A DNA stretch of 64,000 nt from NCBI GenBank assembly GCA_963842085.1, contig CAWJET010000001.1, positions 512,001 to 576,000 of the forward strand, in the 5' to 3' direction. Under the pieces are notes generated by a model that saw only the letters and a list, made by a program, of their open reading frames with translations, was not told the origin of the DNA and did not search any database. Position numbers and translations under genes: made by a program. Shown piece after piece: positions 56,599 through 64,000 of this stretch (within the stretch, counting starts at the first letter, position 1; each line of letters begins with the position of its first letter). This stretch comes from an uncultured delta proteobacterium. Lineage in GTDB: Bacteria; Desulfobacterota; Binatia; Binatales; Binataceae.

Positions 56599-57130
56599 GT
56601 TCCAGGGGGGTTTGGATTCAAGGGGGCGGCAGTTGAGTCGCCTGATCCGTGGCCGACCAACTGAAAAAACCCTCCAGCTTCTCCCAAGGCTCGACTATCG
56701 CACGCATTTGGTGTTTTGAGTAGGCACACCGGCAGCCAGTCGCGCAAAACACGTCATTTCTGGGACGATCCCGGCCTCAAGGAAAAGTAAAATGGCCTCG
56801 TGCTTATAGGCTGGTATCTGATAGTGCTGCCAGGTGAAAAAACTATTTGACCTATACGGGGCGTCAGATAAGGCTGGTCAGATACGGGCCGTCAACAGAC
56901 CGCTCGCGAGAGCGACGCAGAGGTAAGCAAAATGGTACGACCATTCAAGCCTGCGATTTACCCCCGTCGCGCCCACCCAACCATGGGCGGGATGATCTCA
57001 TAGCTTAGGCACCTGAGCGCGAAATGGCGCGAACCCGCCGCCAGTCACGGATAAGAAACAAGCGCGGCAGGCAACGACACGACAAGACGGCTTTCTTAAG
57101 CCGCCTTAGCCGGGCCGCGGGTCATAGCCA

Positions 57131-57793
57131 TTACTTCCCGGCGTCGTTCTTTTGCTTCGGTCGCGGCGGCACCTTCTTCGATAGAGCTTTGACCTCACCC
57201 GGAAGAACGTAAATCGATGCAATCAGATTCTCCGTAATGTCGAGCAGCAGTTTTAGATCCTGCTGTGACGGCTGAAATCCCCGATGTGCCGATGCGCTAC
57301 CAGCATCGATGGTCACTTCGAGGAACTCTCTGTTGCTTGGAGATATGAATCCGCGCTTTTCGACAGCGGAAAGTTTTGCAGGGAAGTTGCCCACATCGCC
57401 GACGTGTTCAGTTATCACTATATCTATGAGTGTGCGGACCCCCGTTGCCGCAAGGACTCGCAAGTCCTCGTGAACCGCCACGTAAATCTCGTCCAGAAGC
57501 CGTACGATTTTCTTCTGCTCGCGCCGGAGAGAACCGCTCAACCAATACGGTTTCCGTCTCGAAACGGCAGCAGGAAAATAGTTGATCGTCTCGCGCGTCC
57601 CCCCTTCGATGGTAGTTACCCGTCTGAATCCGACAGTATCGCAACCGCAACAAGCTACGATTTGATAGCAATCTTCTCCGTATATCCCGGCGTCCACATC
57701 TGACCAGCTACTCTTCTTTTTGGCGACGAGAACGTGGTTCGTTTCCTTTAGGCAGCTATTGCAATGTGCCTTTACGATTACGACCTCGGCCAT
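57131..57793 (-). CDS. Zn-ribbon + DUF4145 (HEPN-like) protein
   Basis: HCNSC, CCGC, LAATGVRTLID, GSASAHRG. Confidence 0.8.
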   Translation of the reverse strand: MAEVVIVKAHCNSCLKETNHVLVAKKKSSWSDVDAGIYGEDCYQIVACCGCDTVGFRRVTTIEGGTRETINYFPAAVSRRKPYWLSGSLRREQKKIVRLLDEIYVAVHEDLRVLAATGVRTLIDIVITEHVGDVGNFPAKLSAVEKRGFISPSNREFLEVTIDAGSASAHRGFQPSQQDLKLLLDITENLIASIYVLPGEVKALSKKVPPRPKQKNDAGK

Positions 57794-57905
57794 TTGCCGA
57801 AAGCTCCTATTGGTGCGATCACCAGTTATAGCAACCCCATGTCCGCGCGAGCACAACGGCGTCGCGGAGCCTCATTGTGCGGCGGTGGTCGGCGAGAGCC
57901 GCCAG

Positions 57906-58271
57906 TTACCACAGGCGGGTGTCCCACACGTACCCGCTGATGGACGGTGCGAAAGGCCCGATGACCCAAGCCACGGTGGCAATACCAAAAGCGATAGCCA
58001 TGGCCACGTAGACAGGTAGCCACAACATTTCCCTGAGCGGCGGTGGGTTACTCCACGCCTCGATGATAGCGCCGACTGCGAGCCACGGGAAAATAGCCAA
58101 AAAGCACGCGATCGCAACGTAGCTAATTGCACTTTCGACGAAGACGAGAACGAAGTACACCGGGTCGTGGTAGTGCCTGTGATATGGCACCGTTGTCGTC
58201 AGTCGCATCGCCGCCACAGCGACCGCGATTACGACCGCTGTGATTGCAACTGGGCGAATCTTCTCCCACAT
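57906..58271 (-). CDS. small membrane protein
   Basis: Three to four hydrophobic segments. Confidence 0.45.
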   Translation of the reverse strand: MWEKIRPVAITAVVIAVAVAAMRLTTTVPYHRHYHDPVYFVLVFVESAISYVAIACFLAIFPWLAVGAIIEAWSNPPPLREMLWLPVYVAMAIAFGIATVAWVIGPFAPSISGYVWDTRLW

Positions 58272-58318
58272 GCCGGGCTAGATCCTCTTTGGGCGTTGCG
58301 CAGTGACTTTGAATCCTT

Positions 58319-58555
58319 TCAGTCTTCGTCTAGCGGCGTGTACGCATCGGGTTTCTTGTCGGGACAGGATGGCTTGCACTTTATAGGAGGTCCGAAGCCG
58401 CCGCTTGTTTGCTGCCTGTGCCATTGGTTTAAGTGGTGGTGTTTGCACGTCTCCTCTCGGTGAGTGCCTCCGACTTGTCCAGCCTTGACATTGAACAGAG
58501 GATTTTTTGAACTGTCCCAAGTAGCATCGCAACCCGGTTTACCACATTTCATCAT
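58319..58555 (-). CDS. small Cys/His-rich protein
   Basis: AGGAGG RBS; CGKPGC, CKHHH, CKPSC. Confidence 0.55.
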   Translation of the reverse strand: MMKCGKPGCDATWDSSKNPLFNVKAGQVGGTHREETCKHHHLNQWHRQQTSGGFGPPIKCKPSCPDKKPDAYTPLDED

Positions 58556-58847
58556 GCGGTCCTCCTTTTACCACGAGCCCAAATGCACCAGCGCGGCGAC
58601 GTGTCGGGGTTCATTTTGAAAACGATCTAGCAGACAGACGCGCGACCGACAAATGGGCGCTGACTGGCTGCCGGTCGGTCGCGATTGCGCATCGCTTCGC
58701 CGCCCGGCCACGATTACCGTGACGCTCGACTGATGCGCCGTTGACCGAGAGGATGCTTACGCCGCCAGCCGCCGCTCCCGCGCCCGCAGCGCCTCACCAT
58801 CGATGCCGAGTTGGACCGTGCTATCCGTGGCGGCTAAAATCGATGGT

Positions 58848-59183
58848 ATGAGAGACAAACTGTTATGCGTGCTTCTGATTCTGACCATCGCCGGTGCGCC
58901 AAAAACGTACGCACAGACCACCACCGTGCAAGTGGCTAAACTCTGCGAGGCGATCGCAAACTTCGCGAACGAAGCGGCGCGGAACCGCGATAGCGGGGTT
59001 TCGCGCGGTGACTCGCTCAAAATTGCTAGAGCAACCGCCCCGCATTTTCCGATTCCTAATAAGTCGATGCTAAAGACGGCCACGACCATTATCAATAACG
59101 TTTACGACCATCCTACGGAAAGCGCCGAAGACCTGACGCGGGACACTTTCGACGAGTGCCTCACGGAGCAATCGCCACAGTAA
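58848..59183 (+). CDS. small exported helical protein
   Basis: Signal peptide; paired Cys. Confidence 0.6.
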   Translation: MRDKLLCVLLILTIAGAPKTYAQTTTVQVAKLCEAIANFANEAARNRDSGVSRGDSLKIARATAPHFPIPNKSMLKTATTIINNVYDHPTESAEDLTRDTFDECLTEQSPQ

Positions 59184-59310
59184 GCCACCGCTGCGAGCGG
59201 ACAGCGGCGGGTAGGATCAGAGGAAAAGGCGAAGGAAGATGTCGAAATGCATTTTAGGTCCCTCAACTGTTTTCGGTCTCCGCCATTCCGCGCGGGTGTA
59301 CGCCAGCCTT

Positions 59311-59400
59311 CGGAGATAACGCGTTTTGCGCTGACTGTCTGCCGGAGCAAGATGAATTCGAACTCCCGGTACCGATTCTGGAACTTCCAGACGACAGCTC
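59311..59400 (-). repeat. tRNA-3'-like att motif with tail
   Basis: Reverse strand ..ACCGGGAGTTCGAATTCATCTTGCTCCGGCAGACAGTCAGCGCAAAACGCGTTATCTCCG. Confidence 0.75.
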
Positions 59401-59529
59401 TCGGTGAGGATTTCAGAACAGCTCGACGAGGCGGAGCGCTCTTTCCTCAAGCCTGCCCAACCGGAGCGAGATTGGCGCGTGTAGCGCGCATTTCGGAGAA
59501 GAACGTCGATCGGGGCCGGTGGTGCTCTC

Positions 59530-59620
59530 GCAGGCGGTGCGGTGGATTCTCTTGTGGTGCTGTCGGACGGCCGACTCGCCAGCGGTGGTGACGATGGCAC
59601 AATCAAGCCCTGGCCGAAAG
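59530..59620 (+). pseudogene. single WD40 repeat fragment
   Basis: VDSLVVLSDGRLASGGDDGTIKPW. Confidence 0.55.
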
Positions 59621-59685
59621 ACGCTACCTGTCGTCGACGCTTCGAGATTGCGGACTGTTCATTTGACGGAATAGCGGGCAAAGAG

Positions 59686-59970
59686 ATGAGCGCTCCAGAT
59701 ATTGAATTGGAAGCTGAGAATCTTCCCAGAGATTTTGGATACGTCTGGAGCGATTGGCTTTACGCTTATCGGCTAGTACGCCGAGTGGGAAGGGAATCAA
59801 CGGAAGAGTATCTAGCGGCTGCACCGGTCGTTGTGAGCTACGAAGATTTGAAAGACCATGGACTTGTTATCGCGCAGTACCACTCTGGCGCGACGTCGCC
59901 GACGCCTATGGAGAGGAATGCGGCGATTCAGTGGCTCCGCCAGGTGCTTAATCAGAACGAGAACATGTGA
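59686..59970 (+). CDS. hypothetical protein
   Basis: Open 94-aa frame. Confidence 0.35.
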   Translation: MSAPDIELEAENLPRDFGYVWSDWLYAYRLVRRVGRESTEEYLAAAPVVVSYEDLKDHGLVIAQYHSGATSPTPMERNAAIQWLRQVLNQNENM

Positions 59971-60024
59971 TCGTGGCCGGCTTGCTGCTTGAAGGGGCTA
60001 ATGGTTGCGAGATAGATCGACGGC

Positions 60025-60625
60025 ATGGCAGAAAACAAAGTAAATTTTTTCATCAGTTACACCGCCGTCGACGAACGTTGGGCCGAGTGGGTCGCGTTCG
60101 TTCTCGAAGAGGATGGATATTCGACGCGCCTGCAGAAGTGGGATTTTGCGGCGCGTGGTAATTTCGTTCTTGAGATGCAGCGCGCTGCGAGCGAGTCTAC
60201 CCACACCATCGGCATTTTGTCACCGGACTATCTCAATTCCAGGTTCGTTAAACCGGAGTGGGCGGCAGCGTTAGCGGCCGACCCAGAGGGGGCAAAGCGA
60301 TCTCTAGCAGGTTGCGGAAAAAGGGTTTTTGACTCCTGATGACATTGATCCAAGACGCATTCTCGTGATCGTAGTAATGCTTACTCTTCGCCGAAATCGT
60401 CTTTCATTGAGTTTTTCCGCAACCTGCTAGTGCTGGTGAGAGTACGGCCGTGTGAGCCGAGCGGACTGCTCAAGCCGATCATTTACATCGACTTGGTCGG
60501 GCTCGACGAGGTGAAGCACGCCAGCGATTGTTGAGCGGCGTGCGCAGGGATCGCGCGAAGCCGTCGACACGGCCAGCATTCCTAGGGAAAGCCACTAAGC
60601 CACCAGCTCCGTTCCCCGGCTCTTC
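60025..60625 (+). pseudogene. TIR-domain gene interrupted by the MITE, with a further frameshift
   Basis: FFISYT..DERWAEW..LSPDYL.S....EW; removing the MITE restores KRSLVLVRVRPCEPSGLLKPIIYIDLVGLDE. Confidence 0.88.
60304..60430 (-). mobile_element. MITE, second copy, with CTAG duplication
   Basis: Reverse complement of 3903-4029; sits inside the TIR gene. Confidence 0.92.
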
Positions 60626-60687
60626 ATCGTCGCTAGCCGGTAGAGAACCGAGCGTTAGGTACAAGCCGAACCTTCTTTCACGTCAAT

Positions 60688-61176
60688 TCAGAGTCGCTTT
60701 CCCCCGGGGGCACCTTCTGGCTGCTTTAGCAGATCCTCCATTTCCTGACTTGGTAAATCCGGCCCTGAGGTGCCGACCGCAATACCCAATTTGCGCATTT
60801 CATCTATGGTATCAGCCAACAAGTTGAGCCTCTGCCAGCGATCCTCAGGCTGCCACGCCTCTTGCTTTTCTTCCCGGTCGGTGAGTTTGTACTTCTCGCT
60901 GAGTGCCATCAAAGCCTGAATAGAACGGAAATCCCCTCCGGCTGCCTTGTTGACGAGCCGTCTTGAAATAACATCCATTTTGGTCACTCTCTTGCGTCGG
61001 CCTTCCTCGCTAATCACGACGCGCTCGCGGAGCGCCTCCTTCAAATGAGTAGCCATATTCTTGGCGCCGCGTGGACGCCCACGACTATTTCCCGACTGAC
61101 CCTTTTGAAAGCGTGTATGACGCGGTGGTTTGCCGTAGCCCACCTCGTATTCATCTTGCTTATTCTCGGTTTCCAC
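60688..61176 (-). CDS. DUF5681 protein (terminase-small-subunit-like position)
   Basis: YEVGYGKPP..TRFQKGQSGN.RGRPRG. Confidence 0.88.
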   Translation of the reverse strand: METENKQDEYEVGYGKPPRHTRFQKGQSGNSRGRPRGAKNMATHLKEALRERVVISEEGRRKRVTKMDVISRRLVNKAAGGDFRSIQALMALSEKYKLTDREEKQEAWQPEDRWQRLNLLADTIDEMRKLGIAVGTSGPDLPSQEMEDLLKQPEGAPGGKRL

Positions 61177-62533
61177 CTTCCCTTACCTCCCTTTCAATCT
61201 TATCAAACGGTTCGCCGCTTGCGTGTCGTGCGGTGTCGCGAGTAAAGGCCTGCCAACGGCGAACGATTGCGTCGACATATAGCGCATCTATCTCTACACC
61301 AAAGCAACGGCGTCCAGTGCGCTCGGCGGCGATCACGGTCGACCCACTGCCCAGGAATCCGTCCAGGACGATCTCGCCTCTGCTGGTGCAGTCCATGAGC
61401 ACGTCGGCGATCATCGCGACCGGCTTCACAGTCGGATGCATCGCGAGCAGGTTACCCTCGTCGCCGGACCGCGAGAAAGAGCGCGCACTTGGATAGCGCC
61501 ATACGTTCGTGCGGTTGCGGCCGAACCGACCCAGTTGAACGTTGTTGGTATGTCGTCCCTGGCCATTCTTGTAGATGAAGATGAGCTCGTGCTGACTTCT
61601 GTACAGCGAGCCCATTCCGGCATTGTCCTTCGCCCACACGCACAGGTTCATAAGCTCGCTATAGGCGGCCCTGCCGGCTGCCAGCATCTCCGAGATATGC
61701 CGCCAATCCATGCACAGGAAGTGCAAGGAGCCATCGACACTGTGGCGCGCAAACAAAGAGAATGCCTTGGCCAGAAATTCGGTGAACTGAGACTCGGTCA
61801 TTTCACCGGAACCCATAGCGAATTCCCGATGTTGAACGGTGCCGAGGCCGCTGACGTTGCCCGCGATTCTTACGTTGTACGGCGGGTCGGCGAAAATCAC
61901 CGTGGCGCGCTCGTCGTCCATCAGCTTCGTGTATGCCGACGCGTCCAGAGCGCTTCCGCAATAGACTCGGCAATCCTTTCCCAATAGCCACAGATCGCCG
62001 GGTCGAGATACGGGAGGACCGTCCGGCACACCCGCGATGTCATCAGCCGCATCTGGTTCGCCTTGGGCTTCGCTGTTTGATTGTTCGATGCGAAGATCGA
62101 TTTCGCCCATCTCGAAGCCAGTCGCCTCAAGGCTGAAATCGAGATCGAGCTCCGCAAGGTCTCTAAGCTGCTCTCCGAGTAACTTCTCATCCCAGGTCGA
62201 AATTTCGGTCAATCTGTTGTCGGCGATCATGTACGCTCGCATCTGCGCCTCGGACAGGTGCGACAAACAAATCGTCGGCACCTCCATCAAGCCGAGATGC
62301 TGAGCGGCCATGACACGGCCATGCCCGGCGATCACCTTCCCATCAGAATCGATCAGAACCGGAACATTGAACCCGAACGTCTCAATGCTCCACGCCAGTT
62401 GGCGAATCTGTCTTGCGCCGTGGACCCTTGGATTGTTTGGGTCCAGCTTCAGCTCAGAGATTGAGCGATATATCACCTCAATCCGGCCCGCCCGATCCCC
62501 ATTTCCTAAACCGCCACCCTCCAGCAACCGCAT
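61160..62533 (-). CDS. ParB-N domain + N6/N4 DNA methyltransferase
   Basis: NPR.H, FGFNVPVL, IAGHGR, IADNRL; DPPYN, HPTVKP, LDGFLGSGST. Confidence 0.93.
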   Translation of the reverse strand: MRLLEGGGLGNGDRAGRIEVIYRSISELKLDPNNPRVHGARQIRQLAWSIETFGFNVPVLIDSDGKVIAGHGRVMAAQHLGLMEVPTICLSHLSEAQMRAYMIADNRLTEISTWDEKLLGEQLRDLAELDLDFSLEATGFEMGEIDLRIEQSNSEAQGEPDAADDIAGVPDGPPVSRPGDLWLLGKDCRVYCGSALDASAYTKLMDDERATVIFADPPYNVRIAGNVSGLGTVQHREFAMGSGEMTESQFTEFLAKAFSLFARHSVDGSLHFLCMDWRHISEMLAAGRAAYSELMNLCVWAKDNAGMGSLYRSQHELIFIYKNGQGRHTNNVQLGRFGRNRTNVWRYPSARSFSRSGDEGNLLAMHPTVKPVAMIADVLMDCTSRGEIVLDGFLGSGSTVIAAERTGRRCFGVEIDALYVDAIVRRWQAFTRDTARHASGEPFDKIEREVREGGNRE

Positions 62534-62649
62534 GCCTCCACCTGTCCTTCGGCACCCTCGATTGACGAGGGGCCTATTTTTCGATAATGTAACACGAAAT
62601 TTCGTGCTGTCAAGGCGACGGCATATCATTCTATCAACAGGAGGCTCCT

Positions 62650-63351
62650 ATGAGCTTTTCAGAACGGCTGAAAAAGGTGACGGCGGAGTTCGGATCCCGT
62701 TATGCGCTGGCCAAGGCCAGCGGCATACCGGCCAGCACCCTGCAAAGTTACGAAGCCGGCTCAAAACCGGGGATGGACGCGCTTGCGACTTTGGCCCGGG
62801 TCGCAAACGTCGACATCAATTGGCTGCTATCTGGCAAAGGTGAGATGCGCCCAGCGGGTTTGCTCTCCGGCGCAGTATTAGCGGACGTCCTCATGGTGGA
62901 CCAATACGAACTTGGGACGTCACTCGCCGCGGAAATGGTGATCGGGCAGATTCCCTTCAGCCGCAGATTTCTCGAGGCCATGCTACACCTCAAAGAGCCA
63001 ACCCATGAAACGCTGCTTGCCGTGGAGGCAGGTTCGGATCTATTCGACATCGACCGCGGCGATTTCGTGCTGATCGACCGAGACCACGCAAATCTTGCTC
63101 GTGACGGTATTTACCTCGTTGACCTTCCAGGAATCGAATTGCGCGGAATTTCCCGGCAGCCCAATCAAACCGTTCGGGTCGTCGGACCGGAGCGTAGGCA
63201 TCGGTTTTCGGGCTCAGCAGGGAATGGTCGGGACGGCGAACGCCTGAGCTCAGCGGAAGTCGTGATGACCCTCCACGAGTTGCTTGGTTTCCGAGGCCGC
63301 TCGGGGTCGAAGATCATCGGAAGAGCTGTTTGGATCGGCCGCGCGCTATAG
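62650..63351 (+). CDS. XRE HTH + degenerate S24-like phage-type repressor
   Basis: FSERLK..LAKASGIPASTLQSYE..NWLLSGKGEM; DGIYLV; IIGRAVW. Confidence 0.82.
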   Translation: MSFSERLKKVTAEFGSRYALAKASGIPASTLQSYEAGSKPGMDALATLARVANVDINWLLSGKGEMRPAGLLSGAVLADVLMVDQYELGTSLAAEMVIGQIPFSRRFLEAMLHLKEPTHETLLAVEAGSDLFDIDRGDFVLIDRDHANLARDGIYLVDLPGIELRGISRQPNQTVRVVGPERRHRFSGSAGNGRDGERLSSAEVVMTLHELLGFRGRSGSKIIGRAVWIGRAL

Positions 63352-63394
63352 CAGTTTGCCTTGCCTCTGCTGCACTGAAAATGCCGGCTCGGCT

Positions 63395-63586
63395 TTCCCT
63401 GTTATAGCCAGAAAGTTCCCTGATCCTCCAAAATAATTCCCTGTTTAGTGAAAATAATTCCCTGTTTTGATGCGTAGGGAATTTGCTGAAAAACCCCCAG
63501 CTCCGTCGTGGTTTTTCTTCTCTTGGACCGCCAAATCGGAGCAGAAGCCGCGCAAATTCCCTGCATTTTCCCTGTTGATCAGGGAA
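63395..63586. repeat. TTCCCTG iterated boxes (four at an exact 21-bp period, plus converging pairs)
   Basis: Starts at 63395, 63416, 63437, 63458, 63557, 63568; inverted at 63475 and 63580. Confidence 0.85.
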
Positions 63587-63594
63587 TTTGACCC

Positions 63595-63658
63595 AGAGAT
63601 CAGTTCGAGCCAGACTGCCCCATCCGCCAGGCAGTCATAGGGAAACGCGTTATCTCCG
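63595..63658 (+). repeat. att-like right-end motif
   Basis: GAGATCAGTTCGAGCCAGACTGCCCCATCCGCCAGGCAGTCATAGGGAAACGCGTTATCTCCG. Confidence 0.7.
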
Positions 63659-63725
63659 GGTTGGGTTACGAGAGCTTTTCGTGTGCAACGTGTCAACGAT
63701 TTCTAATTTTACATTCCTCTCGTGA

Positions 63726-64000
<275 letters not shown>

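Noticed and set aside
37833-63351. Intact prophage
   Set aside because: Only a terminase fragment, a repressor and a methylase are present; no portal, capsid, tail or lysis genes were recognised.
63395-63470. CRISPR array
   Set aside because: The 21-bp period with 7-bp cores is far too short for repeat-spacer units, and no cas1/cas2 genes were seen.

Overview
GC-rich bacterial accessory region. The gene content suggests a Binatota/Deltaproteobacteria-like host, which is an inference only. The window is a mosaic of intact stress and housekeeping paralogues (rpoD-like, khpA, lpxD, groES/groEL, hsp20, nuoB, mgsA, a catalase-like gene, a globin and an HhH-GPD glycosylase), many short gene fragments, candidate defence genes and IS elements. 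The IS elements are an IS3, two IS110-family elements, an IS256 remnant, nested rve elements and a 127-bp MITE present in two identical copies. A dispersed backbone of a serine-recombinase element spans about 10.7-63.7 kb: ParB-methyltransferase, DUF5681, a terminase fragment, DUF2924, the large serine recombinase and an XRE repressor. The most striking unexplained structure is a set of about 10 tRNA-3'-end-like sites (GTTCGAAT..CTCCGCCA-nn-(C/G)AGTC, often followed by AAACGCGTTATCTCCG), none with a tRNA 5' half. They partition the cargo into cassette-like blocks. Second, an IS1111-type element carries a downstream non-coding region whose putative bridge/seekRNA guide segments match both of its genomic flanks, and its target is the edge of a REP-like hairpin present three times. 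All calls were made by eye from the sequence and the supplied ORF track; no database searches were run.
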